A DNA stretch of 64,000 bases from contig CM060731.1 in assembly GCA_030704615.1 (NCBI GenBank), positions 60,450,001-60,514,000 of the forward strand. The letters are read 5' to 3'. Below, in pieces: positions 1 through 13,798 of the stretch. The notes beneath the pieces were generated by a model. That model saw only the letters and a program-made list of their open reading frames with translations. It searched no databases and was not told the origin of the DNA. The DNA comes from Takakia lepidozioides (lineage: Eukaryota > Plantae > Bryophyta). The position numbers were made by a program, and so were the translations under genes. Position 1 is the first letter of the stretch, and the number at the start of each line of letters is the position of its first letter.

Positions 1-2
1 AC

Positions 3-236
3 AGGACCTACGACATCACGGTTTCCAATTTCCCCAATTGCACATGTCCTGATTTTGTGAATATGCTATCAACCAGTTTGGGCAAGAGAGGTAAATTCAT
101 ACCCTGCAAACATTTGTATTTCATATTTTTGAGGAGGATGGTTTGCGATCCCAAACGTGACAACTTCATTCACCATGCCACTATGAGTTTCAACGAGGTC
201 GATACTCTTTTGCAGCGGGATACAACACATGGGTAG
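3..236 (+). CDS. C-terminal end of a SWIM zinc-finger ORF (5' part outside window; probably transposon-borne)
   Basis: Frame from nt 3 reads RTYDITVSNFPNCTCPDFVNMLSTSLGKRGKFIPCKHLYFIF...THG* (stop 234-236); matches the CxC...CxH SWIM pattern. Not in the ORF track because it lacks a start. Confidence 0.7.
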   Translation, partial: RTYDITVSNFPNCTCPDFVNMLSTSLGKRGKFIPCKHLYFIFLRRMVCDPKRDNFIHHATMSFNEVDTLLQRDTTHG

Positions 237-685
237 CATGAACTATGTAATGTGGTATGTGGATGACCATGATTTGAAATGTGTAATTCACATCAATTCG
301 TCGGCTGTGCAATGATATGGCCTCCAACTATACGGAGTGAGCTCTGAGTGACAACTTTTAGGTAGTGCACATTTGTCATTGCACCGTTCGAAGTCTACAT
401 GTCTTGCTGTCGCTATGCACTACAATCATCTTTTGAAGATGATCATAACTCTCATTGTTATTTGAGGAGGGAGGAAGTCTTCTCGTGGCAGCCTTTATGG
501 CGCACACTTTGTGAGGATATTTTGTCGTCTTCGTAATTGTAAAAGTGAAACAAGCATTTGTAATTGCACAATGTTGGATGCTGCAATTGTAGGCCTCAAC
601 GCTCGTCTTGATTCTATTTAGGCAAGATTCCCTGCATTAATTCCACGGTCATAGGACCATCCACGGTTATAGGCGCGCATGTTAA

Positions 686-927
686 TGCTGACGTGGCAGT
701 TGACGGACAGTGTCACGTCATCATTTACCGCCACATCAGCATGCTGACATGACGCTCACGCCACGTCAGCGTGTGTGCAGGCTCACGCCACGTCAGCTGG
801 CGTGAGCGTACGCTCACGCCACGTCACTCCTGCGTGAGCGTACGCTCGCGCGCTCACGTGCAACGCTCACGCCATTCGTCATTGGATAGCTCACCCCTCG
901 GTTTTATCTGTAACCATCTCTACAGTG
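686..927. repeat. Cluster of GCTCACGCCACGTCA direct/inverted repeats ending in ...CTACAGTG; probable DNA-transposon subterminal region and end
   Basis: GCTCACGCCACGTCA at about 754, 781 and 812, partial copy near 875, interleaved with the inverse GCGTGAGC; CAGTG at 923-927 immediately before LINE-derived sequence. Confidence 0.5.
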
Positions 928-1138
928 TCTATAGAACAATTCCTTTCATCCCAAGAATTACCCAAAAACACAAAATAAAAGAGGGGTTTCATACTCATCC
1001 AAAACAAAACTCGCAAGCCCCCGGACAATTATGTCTGGAAAAATTCCCTGCGACCAAGAGACAATAGGGTTAAATTCTTCTACCGCACTTCTAGACTATC
1101 AAATGAGACTGTCAGCCTCAACCTACCACAACCTACCA

Positions 1139-4100
1139 ATGATCTTTAACCTCCATTCATGGAATATAAGAGGGTTGGGAGCAGACCCAACTTCTCTAAA
1201 AAAGCTGAAAATTAAAACCTAGCTGACTCCCTTCCTTGCAAATCATTCCATTATTTTTCTACAGGAGCATAAACTAGATCAAGGGAAAATAGATAGCCTC
1301 TCTGATTATTTATGGCCATTAGCCAACTCGTTAAAGAAACCCACTTCCATGGGAACGAAAGGAGGTATTGCAATACTTCTTTCACCTACCATTCAACCGT
1401 TCCTCACTACGCATGACACTTGACTCCCCGGAAGATTGCAATTTTGTGCCTTATCCCTACCCAACTCAACAGGTCCGATTGGGCTGGTGAATATCCATGC
1501 ACCCAATAATTCTACTAACAGAGCAAAATTTTGGAACACTCTCAACACCAAAATGAGGGAACAACCTTCAATAGATAGCTGGGTAGTGTCTGGAGATTTC
1601 AATATGATGGAGATGAAAGAGGATAGAAGAGGCGCGGGGTTATTTACCTCAAACCCAGAAGAAATGGACCAGTGGTTCAACTGCATGCAAACACATAACC
1701 TCACGGAAGCTGTCGCGCACCTCACTTCGGTAAGGTCCCCTTCAAGTCATAGTTACTCGCTTTGATGCACGCGCCTAACTCCCAACCTAGCCGCGGGGGC
1801 AACTTGGAGCTTTGGCTGCTCACCGAGACATAACGGTCCCCCTTTACTCTTCCAACAGACCCTCCACCAATTTGGGCCTAGTGGAGATCCCCTTTGGTAG
1901 ATGGCAGTCCGGAATAGCTCCCCACTCTTTGGTCGCTTTCCGGCTCGCTTGCTTACTCACTAGTTTTTGGTCACCAACGGGCTTGCACCGTTCTCGGGGT
2001 TACTACTCCCTATATATACTTCTGTGACTGTCCGCGGGGGTTTCACAAACAACCATGCCTTTTTATGGCGAACCACCACGAAGACCCTCGACTCTTGGTG
2101 ATGAGTCGCGGTGAGTCTTGGCCCACCCACCACGGCCCCATTGGACCGTGATGAGTCCCAAGACTCCCCACGACTCCCACCACGAGGTCTCCGCCCCATG
2201 GTGAGTCCTATGCCACCCCCACTAAGTCCCGCTAAGCTACCACCACCCCTTGTGGGGCCACCCCCCACTGCAACCCGGTGTGCGGCTCCACCTAGTGAGC
2301 GCCTCCGCCTCTTTGAGTGCCTTGGGCACTCAAGGGTGCTTCAGCCCCCCGTACCTATCGCTGCCACTGCCCCCACCACAGGGGCAGCCCCTCTTGTGTC
2401 CCGACCCCCCTGCCCTTAAGGCAAAGGGCCGCGACAGAAGCAGTGCCAATCTTTGGGCAGTCATCAAACATCACCCCTTTACCTGGTCCAATAACCGTTC
2501 TCTTGCTGATCTAAGTATGGCTTGTCTTGACAGGGCTTATCTTTCCCTTGACCTGGTTCAATATGCAAAGAGCCCCTCAAGAACCAATACCCTTAAACTT
2601 TGACCATTCACCAATTACCCTCTCCATAACCCTACCAGACTCTTACAGAAGGGGTAGAGGCCTTTACAAAATAAATAACCTTCTCCTTAAGTTGCCAAGC
2701 TTCAAGCAAGGCCTGCTAAGGGCTTGGACTCAGGCGGGAAGTGACCTCCTGGACCCTACACATCTCTTCCTGGCCAAGTTGAAGACTGTCAATATTGAAA
2801 GTCAGAGGATGAGTCAGGAACTAGCAAGCATCAGAAAGAGGAAGGTCATGGCCTTAAATAAATGCCTCAAAGTCTGTCAATCAAGAATAGAATCCACTCG
2901 TTGTGATGAAGACATATATCGTACATATGTCCAAGCCAGAAACAACCTTGATATTCATCACAAAATCCAGGAGAGGAAGTGGAAACTGCATGCGGGTGTC
3001 AACTGGTCTACAAAAGGAGAAAAGATGAATAATTTTTTTTTTTTACAAAACAAGATTGAGATGTGTCTCTCAAACAATACCTGAGCTCATTGAACAGCCA
3101 TCAGGCACTTCAACTTCTACACCAAAGGCCATGGCCAAGCTGGATGGCAGACACTTCCATAATCTTTTTCATAGTGACCTCGACTCCCTGCAACCAACAG
3201 AAGAACAAACATCTTGTTTGATCCACACCCCTACCCTGCTGTCCCACCAAATCACTTCCCAATTAGAAGGAGATTTCACAGATATAGAGCTGGGTGAAGC
3301 ATTATCCAAACTACAGAACAACAAATCTCCGGGCATAGACGGTTTATCAGTGGAATTTTACAAAGCATTACCACTTGTTTCAACGAGGACACATGCCCCC
3401 CATTATGACACAAGGGGTTATAACCTTATTCTATAAAAAGGGTGATAGAACAAACATATCCAATTATCGGCCCATAACCCTCCTCAATGTCGCTTACAAG
3501 ATAGTGGCGAAGGCAGTGGCCCTCAGATGGCAGCCTCTCCTTCCAACTATAATTAGGCCAAATCAAACAGGGTTTATCAAGGGTAGATACATATTGGATA
3601 ACCTCCTTCTAGCCCAGGAAATTCCAGACTTCGCTGCTAGAACAAACCAAGCTATTGCCCTCCTCCTTTTAGACTTTGAGAAGGCTTTCGATCGTGTTGA
3701 ATGGTCATACCTGCTGGCAACCCTGGCTAAATTGGGGTTTCCCCAATCCTTTTGCAAATGGGTCAGGATACTACTCACTGATGCATCTAGCAGAGTCTCA
3801 GTCAATGGCCATATATCATCTTCGTTCCCTCTGCAGCGCTCAGTGAGACAAGGGTGTCCCCTCTCACCTTTCCTATTTCTGGTGGTAGCAAATACACTAG
3901 GCTATATGCTACAACGGAATCAGGGGCTCAGGGTCACTAATTACATTACCAGGCAATACAACTTCTTGATGGACTCAATGTTCGTTGATGATACCTTTTT
4001 AATGTTGCAAGCCACTCCGGAAAACTTGGACCAGGCAGAGTTTACCTTGAACAGTTTTTGTGCAGCATCTGGATTCAAAGTAAACTGGAATAAAACTTCA

Positions 4101-6588
4101 GGATTACTGGTAGGTGACCTCTCAAAATCCACAATGGGATCCCCTCCCTCATGGGGAATGGATCAAGGGCTAAGGTGGGCTCAAACCTGGGGAGACCACC
4201 ACACTATTGGGCTACACATATGGAATTGGACTGACAGACCAACAGATTTTTGCTGCCACAGTGACCAACTTGAAGAGGACACTGACTTACTGGGGTTCAA
4301 AACATCTCTCAATTACAGGAAGAGCCCTTGTTGCTAATCAGATTCATTCTGTTGGATTATGCTTCCTCCTGGCGCCCAAACTCTAAACAGATTCAGGAAA
4401 TGAAGCGGCTGCTTAGGAACTTTGTCTGGGGAGCCGAGACCTCATCCCAAAACAAACGACCACTTGTAGCCTGGGCTCAAATCTATTGACCTAAAAAAAA
4501 AGGTTAGGGATACTCGATCCAGAAACACAAATTATAGCTTTTCATGGCAAGTGGATACCCAGGTTTCTAGGGCCGGAGGGGGGATGGTGGAAATTCTTGG
4601 TCTATGACCACATTACAAAATCCTCCCCCCTCAAGACTACACAATGGAGCCCTTCCCTACGTTGGCTCACTCAAGGATTTAATCTTAAGACAGTGGGATC
4701 TGCTCTATGGTCTAACATATGGTTAGCCTGGGGGCAGCTAAGGAAATTGCTTGTAAAAGCCCATCCAAGTACCTTCTATGAAGTTACGAGACAACACTTG
4801 TTTCTAAACGACACTCCTCTGACCCCTTCTCAGAAAAACCACGCAAAAAGGTGGTCCAAATGGGACTGCCTTGGCATCAGACAGATTCATAACATATGGT
4901 CAGGGAACGGTCTCACAACTCTACAATCCATGGCTCAGGCTGTGGGCCTCGCAAGGGCCACTAAAGGCCATCAACAACTTGTTCAATCTATACCATTACA
5001 GTGGTTGGCCACCCTTTCCGCGGGCTCTTCGGAACCAGTCCCAAAATCTTGGGCACTCATCATGCTTCACAACCAACTTACTATTGTATTTGTAGATGAC
5101 ATATCCAAATGACATAGTTGTTTACACATTCGCCATCAACACCACCTCCCTAAGACTCACACTTACCTCTACAGAAGCTTTGACAATCCGAACTATGCCT
5201 CTCACCCCAGTCCGTGTCTGCTGTTGGACAACCACGGATAAGGGAACGAATCCCCAGCCACCCCTCACTTTACCACTAGAGCTTGGCTAGCAACCAACTC
5301 CTTTGTATGGATTATGGGCAGGCTGCTGGCAGAATAGGAAATTGACCCCTCCGAATGGTTGTGGAAATTCAACAACTCCCCAGAACTCTTCTTTGCATAT
5401 ACAACCAAAAAGGGCTACAAGGCTCTGTCAGTCACCCAACCCATGCACAAAAAATGGGAATAAAAATGGGGGCTCTACAACTTCAGCGATGAGAACTGGA
5501 AAATTATTTGGGGCTCAGTGTGGATCAAAACCCGCCCATCAAATATAGTAGCTTTTCTATGGCAGGTTGTCAATAGAGTACTCAAAGTTGGGGAGTGTTT
5601 ACAGTTCCAGGGAGCTCTCTTGTGTGCTTGCTGTTCCACTGCAGTATTGGAATCCATCGAACATTGTCTTCTCTCATGTCAAGCACCAGCCAAAATCTGG
5701 CCATATGTTAAGTCATTCTATAGATATTGGGATAGAAGACAGCTCACGGATACAGACCTCCTTCTTAACTATGATCCAGTTTCCAAGAATAGAACCCTAA
5801 ATTGCCCAGTGTTTGAACCTCAGGGCCTCTGCAATGTGGCACTTATGGAAAGTACGTTGTAAGAACACTTTCCAATGCCACACAACAACAACATCATCTC
5901 TTCTTACAACTGTTTTTTTGGGATCTACAAACTGAGGCTAGGAAAGCTTGGGGCAAACTCTGTGCATACATTGAACGTAACGCCACGAATGCAGCAGCGC
6001 TCCACAGGAAGTTTCAACACACTTGGGGCAGACAGGGCCTAATATGCAGCAGCCCTGTGCAAGACCAATGCAGTTGGAACGATCTCCCCCCTCAGGCCTG
6101 GCGAGATCTTCGTGCACCACTCCACTCCTGGAGTTTGAACAGGACATTAACTGGAAACATCAAAAGCCTTTCATCGACTGCTTCTAAACTGCACTATAGA
6201 TAGATATCTCTCTCTGCTCCCCCATACTCAAAGGTCTCATTACTCTCTCCCAACATCACTCTCCCTGCGTCATCGTAGACAGAGTAAGGTATGCGTTGTT
6301 AAGACTTTAGGTCTTGGGCAGAGAGCCCTGTTTTTTGGTCTCTTGGACTTTCCTCCAATCGGAGGTGTTTGGCTCCTGGATCACGAATCTCTGTGTAAGT
6401 GTCCATCAATAGAGGCATGGTATTTTGTTCTACAGACTTCATCTCCATCAAGAGATGATTGGCTCTTAATACACTGAATAGGGTGTGTGTGCCTTATGGC
6501 GACAACGGGGCTTTAACTTTTTTCCCCTCAATAATTATTAATAAAGTAATCAGGGATTCAATTTTTTTTAAATAAAAATAAATAAATT
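1139..6588 (+). mobile_element. L1-clade LINE, decayed ORF2 (APE-RT-zf-RVT), 5'-truncated
   Basis: APE motifs SWNIRGL, IFLQEHK, NIHAPN, VSGDFN, FTWSN, LDRAY, DHSPI; RT motifs KSPGIDG, NYRPITLLN, QTGFIKGR, LDFEKAFDRVEW, VRQGCPLSPFLF, FVDD; C-terminal CxxC...ESIEHCLLSC knuckle; AATAAA near 6540 and A-rich tail near 6569-6586. Several stops and frameshifts. Confidence 0.93.
1711..2436. mobile_element. Solo LTR (726 bp) inserted in the LINE endonuclease domain
   Basis: Ends TGTCGCG...CGCGACA (perfect 7-bp inverted termini); 5-bp TSD GAAGC at 1706-1710 and 2437-2441; TATA-like TATATATA near 2011; removal rejoins the LINE peptide HNLTEA|VPIFG. Confidence 0.87.
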
Positions 6589-7664
6589 GATGAACATGAT
6601 TTAGATCATTGGGTCCTAGACTAGACTAATGCACAAAGGATACCAGCTGCAAAAAACTGGTAGATCCACGTCATGAAATGTTCCAGGAAAGTGTAGGCAC
6701 TGGGCGATCTGCTAGATTATCTTTACAACCTACTCATAATTACCCCATGCATGTGTGTTAAAACTTTTTGGGCAGGAAGCCCTTGGAAGCTTTATTATTC
6801 AAAGATTGACATGGTTGCTCAATGCACCCGGACTTATTTTTCTAAATAATTAGATGAAATAAATTTGTTTCAAAATATACAAATGCATTAAAAAAAAAGC
6901 ATGTAATACACACAAGCCATACCATGTAAGTTTTGATGCAAGTCCTGATGGTTGAGTTGAGGCTTTGGAGCCTTCCTTTCTGTTCTTTCCAATCACTCAA
7001 TCCAGAAAATTGCCCCAAAGATTGTACCTTCATTCTGTCCATCTATTCCTTTTCACTTCATCTTTTCCTGCCCTCTTTATGAGGGACTCAACTGTCTGTC
7101 CCATGAAGCCCAATCTCTCACAGAAGTCTTCCATTATGGGGATCAGAAATGTCGATGAGATCAAATAGCAGGAAAATACAAGGTAAAGTTGTAGGAGGAA
7201 ATCTAAGTCATTGCGTTTGCCTTGGGGGAGAATATTGGCCTTCTGCATAAATCTATTCATCATTTATAGATATGGATGAGATATTCCCATTACCCGTCTC
7301 GATCTAATTTGAAAGATAATCGCAAACTCGTATCGGTGCTAAGCATCAGAACCCTTTGCCTACAGCGAATAAAAAACAGGGGACAGAGGCCTGGAAGAAC
7401 TTTATTTTGAATTACAAGGGGGTGGGAAATTTAAAAACCCCAGCCCACCATAATGCACACACACACACATCCATTGCTTGAGAGAAAAGAATTATAGACG
7501 CTAATCTAATGGGCGATAGTTTGTGGAATGATCCTCTTTTCTTTTCTTTAAAGAGGGGTGTGGCACTCCGTAAAACTTTACTGATAAGGGGAAAAAATAA
7601 AACCCAGGGGGACCATGAAGCAAACACACCATGGTAAGAAACAAAAATAAAATATGGTACCTAA

Positions 7665-10600
7665 TCAAACCGATGTCTTGTTATCTGGCTCAGCTGCTGC
7701 TGCTGCTACTTGCTGGGATGAAGAAGGCTGCGAGTTGTTTGAGAGCCCAGCTTTTCGCTCCTCGACAAGCCACTGTGCAAATCTGCAGCAAGCAACCCAA
7801 TGTAGGGGGCAGTGAGTTGGACTGCTAGAGCCAAGGATCATACTGGACAATTACAGATCCGAAGAGGTTTGAACCAGCAGAGAAATCCGTGTCTTTCGAC
7901 AGGTACATGAAAAGCATTGATGCGTCCACGCTTGGTAGTCCATGGTGAGTTTCATGATCTCTCCAGCTGCAACCCATTACTTGAACATTGTCTTTTTCCA
8001 ATGGTTTCATAGGACAGCTTTCTTTGTACCCTCTTTCCAGATAGGGCAAGGCACTCACATGGATGTGCAAACAAATAAGGTTTTCGAATATCAGAATGCG
8101 GATACTCTTTTACTCACCTTGCTGTGAATATTCTAGGTCACCAAGTGTTCGTGCTACACTAACCAACCACATACCGTACCTAGAAAGGCCAGCATCATTG
8201 GTTTCCCATCGATTCTCAGGAATGACGTCCCCAAACTCGTTGCGAGTCTTCGCTCCAGCACCCAGAAGATTTGTGGCAGTGCTGACAAGACTCTGCAGAT
8301 TTTCTTGGGAAGAATCATCCAGTTGATCCTGAGATTTCTGAAGTTGATCTGTCTGGAATTCCAGTAAAACAACTCATTAGTTGGATCAAAACTGTTTCAC
8401 AAAGAAAACTATGCTTTGGTTTAACTTTAAAGGACACGACCTTGCAAAGGCAGAATTGGACTGCGTAGCAACTGAGGGTAGGAAAAGATAGTATCTTGCA
8501 TATATACCACTTGAAAGTGAGTTATTTACGAGGCTTCTAGGTATGTTGCATATTATACAATTCCAATGTGTCAACTCTAGATGATATGAAAAGTATGGCC
8601 AAGCCGGCCACGAAGATCACTGTTTGTCATTAGTCTGGTTTTTTTCGAGCTCTCTGACCCTGTCGTCCCTCTCAAAGAAGCCTGGATCAAAACTTAAATC
8701 AGATTTCTATGAGCCCAACAGCAATCATGAAAGAGAAATTCACAAATAACGACCTGAATCCGAAGGTAGTTCTCTGGGCAGGATTGAATATGAAAGAGTG
8801 TCGAAAGATTGTAGTCGACGATATCGTTGGATGCTACTGACACGAGATTATATAGGGGGACAGTGCCGTTGTGGTAAATCCATGAAATGGAACCCCAGCT
8901 TGAAGTTTCCTTAGAGTCGTAGCTCACGACTTTCTCTCCAGTACCTAGAGAGAGGAGCAGAAGATCTTCGTAGTGCTGGAGGATATCTGGGCAGTTAGTT
9001 CAGGAAAACATTCTGAAAGAAGCCTACATAATGAGTCCTTTCGATTCAAGAGTGAAAATGACTCAAGAAAATTGAAGGCTGATAATGGAACCCTTGCAGC
9101 AGGACTGACTCTCTCTGTTTTTCTGAAGTACATATAATCTATTAACTCAAAGGAACAAACAAGAAATGCTTACCAGCTTTGGGGTAATAACCTGTCGCTG
9201 CTGGGACTCAACAATTTCACCTCTAGCAAACTCAGTGACGGAGATAAAGGCCTGACCACAACAACCAATAATGTACTTAGATATTGTCAAGGATTATGGC
9301 ACTAGACTACTCAGATGTGATATTGGACATCATCAGTCCAATATCAGTCAGAGTTGGTAAGAACTAAGCAACAATCAAGGTTATTAAAAGATGCAAAACC
9401 GAGTGAGGAACGTACAGGAGTGAGGAACATTTTATACAGTACAATATATTATCAGTTCAGATTACACTACCGGATTATTGGCAACGATCCCACCATCCAC
9501 TGCATTGAATTCTCGAATCTTGTTTCCGTCAGCTGCCTTGAAATTGTAAGGGGCAAAGAATGTAGGAGCTGCTGTGGTCGCCCTGCACACATCCCGTAGA
9601 TAGCAATCTGGGAACTGTCCTATCTGAGCCTGTGCAAGAGAATTGAGCACTTCTCATCAGAAAGATAGTTTAGTCCGCATCCTCCCATTCAAAAGGCTCT
9701 AGAGCTTGGCACCCGCTGTGTGCATGTATCCGCAAGACAAATGCCTTCACATTGTCACCATTTGTTCCACAGGGTTGAATGTGCTCCTAGATCTGGTGCC
9801 TGAGCTCATACAGTCCCACCCATGCACGATGGATTATTGGTATATAATACAAAGACACAGGTATGGAGAGAAAGAGAGAAGAGTACCTTCTTTGTTGAGA
9901 AGAGGATGGGTAATTCAGTCTTGATATCAAAGGAAGGGATGACAATGGGCTTGATAGTGTCTGTAAGCTTCAGATCACCCATATATTCTCTCAGTATTTT
10001 TTCCAACGGCTGGGCATTACGTTTGGGTCCTGTAAGGCTCGCAAAAAGGTTCCTTGCTCCTGACAGAAAACCACTGGGATACCCACAACGCCCGGCCCGT
10101 GTGAATAGCTTATTGCTCAAAGCCTGAAATTCCCATCTAAATCAGCATTCACAGAACCTATGATAATAAGACCATTGTACTTCAGTGTATGGCCTGTGGT
10201 GGACACTGAACACGTAGATCATCTGCTCTGAAGTTGATGTGGTTTAGTCCCATGGGGCACCCCATGGCTGTTCCCAAGATTTTTTCCTTCTTTTCCAACC
10301 CTCATCAAAGCCATAAATCATGCGATCATCCAATCCATTTTCCCAGCTGAGATTTTCCCAATAATACATATGCAAACCCTGCAAAATATTGAGAAGATTT
10401 GATCTCACCTCCTTACTGGAAAAATAGTTGATGACTTGTCCAGGTAGAACTTGGTTATGTCCTTGGCTCTGAAACGAGGGCGTTTCGAACTGGAGTTTTC
10501 AGGAAGAGTGAGTAGCGCTGCAACAAGACCACCTGTGCTTGTTCCTGTAACCAAATCAAAGTAGTCTGCAATCCTGGCGTCCTCTCCATCCAATTTCTGC

Positions 10601-11679
10601 AATGACACCATAGAAAAAGATCCTATAAAAGAACCTTTGTATGGACACCCAGCATAGTGGACCATGAAATATGGAGAAGACAGTACAGAGAAATAGATTA
10701 TGGGGATGCCAGAATAACAGAGATTCCAGAATACTCCAGAAAAGATCTGTCCAAGAAAGAAGAAAACATTGTGGACATGATCATAGCACCCATCGGATAG
10801 GCAACTACATGCTTCTAAACTACTTGTACAATAGACAAATCATCATGTGGACTAGTTCTACACTCTCTCCGTGATATCGCAAATCAAACAGTATGTGACA
10901 GTGTGGAACTTCAACAAATTAAGCTGTGCAAATACATAAAATGCAGGTATTCCTCTCACATGCACACAAGTATTTCATCAGCAAAGTAACTTCAACTTCT
11001 GAGCAACGCGTTAGTGTGTGTGATTGTAGATCTCATGGAGCACATCATGTGGCTCATCGTGCATGGTTACCATTATTCACAGGTCTGCAGGCTTCTTTTC
11101 CTGGTTCACATTTGCCTATGCAATGCACTACCGAGTTACCCAGTAGCAGCCAATATTCATATGTGCTAGGGTCATTTCTTCAAAAAGTGCATAATACTGC
11201 AGAATCTTTATTGCATACGTCACATCTTTAGCAGAATTCACCGACTTTGGGGCGTCGAGATTGTTGAAATGGACAAGGAAAAGGAGCAGGAACGGGAAAT
11301 TCATGAGCCCAGGACAATATGAAGGAAAGATTCATACCTGGAGCTCGCTCTCAAGGTGTTCCAATAGGACTGAGGGTATAATGCCGCGCACACCCCCACC
11401 ATCGATGCTCAGAATGCAGGCCTTCTTCCCCAGTTCTCCTTTGGGTACAGGGGCTTGCATGGTGCAAGGGTTTGTCTCAGCTTGTGTCGCAAATCTGGAA
11501 ATCTGATTATGTGGAGAGGAAGTCTTCAACTGTGGACGCTCAGAGGAGCCGAATGTGAAACTTGCTAGATTGTGCCGTGATGGTCCTGGTCCTGAGGTTC
11601 TCGAGGTCAATTGGATGGCGGAGGGATGGTAAATATTGCCTGGATGTGCGAGTTGTTGAAAGAGTTTGACTGCACCCAT
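7665..11679 (-). CDS. Patatin-like phospholipase (pPLA-II type), 8 exons, with N-terminal extension
   Basis: Predicted exons 11679-11338, 10596-10409, 10073-9887, 9629-9471, 9251-9174, 8975-8754, 8352-8180, 7782-7665 with GT-AG junctions in consistent phase. Motifs [24 protein letters not shown](I)[25 protein letters not shown]. Confidence 0.9.
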
Positions 11680-12876
11680 TCGATTGCGCCAAATCAAATA
11701 AAACTAACAATTCGATAAGATTCAAGTGCCTAGATTGAAGTAGGATACACCGTAAGCTCGCTCCTCATTTTCTGCTCATTTGGCACCAGCATGTTCACAA
11801 ACCTTCAGCTGCAAGGCAAGCATAGCTATCAGTCTCAACTTAGAAGGAGTTTCACGTGCGAGTGCGTGGAAGAGGGAGATGGGTCTCCCGTAAGTTCGAC
11901 CTACACCGAAGATTTGACTAGTCTTCTTCATCTCACACCACATAACTATCTTTTCCGTGCAGGCTGCCTCCTACTGGCCCTTACAAAAAAAGTCTAGTAC
12001 GCTTCATCTACAACCCGGCACATTGAATTCTTAGTTCTCTGGATCTTCAGCCGTGCACAGTACAATACCTTTAGTCGACATAGTTGCAGGAACACATTTT
12101 CCATGCGATCACCGTCCCCTTTGAAATTCAAATTCAACACTGTAGTGAAAGCAACGGTAGCTTCCCTCCTTCTTCCTCTGCTTCGGAGTACTTCAACAAG
12201 TCCCAGACCATTATCCCGAGGTGAGGTCTCCTTCCCCCACGCTCCCTCCAGTTATGCAGAAAACCCACATAGCTCATTGAGCATACTCACAGGATGCATT
12301 TCGGTGCCAACAGCAGCAGATTGACGGAGATTTCAAGGGCGTAAGTGCGCGGGAGACGTGCACAGGGGTACGCGGATGGTGGAGACGAGAAGCCAGGTAC
12401 AAACAGCCACCTGGTCGGCATGCATTGCTTACTGTGGACCCAGATGATGGTGGCAAAGCTAGCTCTTGCAGGCACCTGTGAATCCCTCAAACCAAGTCCT
12501 AGTTTTTGTGTATTGGACCACCTCACCCACACTAAGGGATAGATCCGATCCAGCCTCCACAAAGGATTGTCCAATTCTGTGAGCCTTCTTCTACAATACT
12601 CTTCCACTTGTCATAGGAATCCAGACCCTCTGACTCGATTTCAAGGCTGGGAAGGACTCGGTCTGCGGCCTCAATCCAAAGCTCCTTCCCCACCAAATCA
12701 AGCCCTTTATTATTAGACTTGGGGGTAAAGCCCAGTAGGGATATTCTGGTGGGGTCACCAGAATGGCCTCAGCTGGGCCCACTTCCATGTACTCAACAGT
12801 ACTTACTACTTACCTTGCTATCCAATCACCCGCTGCTCTCTGAGAGAGACAGAGAGGATCTGCAAACACACTGACT

Positions 12877-13034
12877 TTGTACATAAGCTATTCCGGGTTT
12901 GAATTGCCCTTCATTCATGACCCTTTTTGCCCTTCAATCTGCAAATTAGACTTTCCGAATACACAGCAGTTTAGGGTTCAAACCTTCACCAAGAACACAC
13001 ACAATTGGAACGACCAAGACAGGTTTATGTACAA
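12877..13034. repeat. About 158-bp segment bounded by a perfect 10-bp inverted repeat (mini solo LTR or MITE?)
   Basis: TTGTACATAA at 12877-12886 and TTATGTACAA at 13025-13034; no clean TSD. Confidence 0.35.
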
Positions 13035-13798
13035 CTGTCCACCTACAAAATGGGAGGCAGTAGCATGAGGAATGAATGTATGAAGTGAAGTGAAGTGGTA
13101 GTTGCATGACATATGAGATGTGGGACCAGTTTAGTTAGTAAATTGCACACATGGGGGCTTTGAATGCCCATGCGAGTCCGTCTACTGCAAGAAAGACAAG
13201 AAAGACTTGAAAGTCTTGAAAGTCTTTCTTGTTGTTGTACCTAGACTCAACCTAGAGTGCATCCTTGTTGGGGTCCGAAACTTCTGGTTGCATTAACTCC
13301 ATCTATTTCCAACCCTTGCGTCTCAACTTTCAAATGTACTCAAATTTGTCTTCTTCATTCAGATTCGACAAATATAGTTCAAAGTCTGATTGTCATACAC
13401 TCTTTGCTATTTCGTGCGAGGACGAAGGGAGGAAGAGAAAAAATGGCATAAAGAAGGTGACATGCTCAGCAAGCTGTCGAGAAGAACTGGAAGTCAAAGA
13501 ACGATCTACTCTCGGGACTAATTACTTTCCACTTTATGTGGAGAGGTACATGGGCCGAAGGACCCTAAGAGGTGTAGTTAATGAGCATGAATCAATCAAA
13601 TTAATGACACCGCTTTCACCGTCACGCATCATCTACAAACCACGTGAACTCTATTCACCATTCATTCATATCATAGAGAGCCATTTGTGCGCATTCAGTA
13701 GTAGATCACCACAATGGGGAGTAAAGCTATATGTGACTCAGTTGAATGTAATGAGATTGATTTACATAGTGTCAACTGATCAATAATATTGTCACAGC

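Noticed and set aside
1812-2419. Pro/Gly-rich ORFs on both strands
   Set aside because: They lie wholly inside the C-rich solo LTR and are compositional artefacts.
12100-12860. Possible coding or TE remnant between the patatin genes
   Set aside because: No motif could be recognised in any frame.
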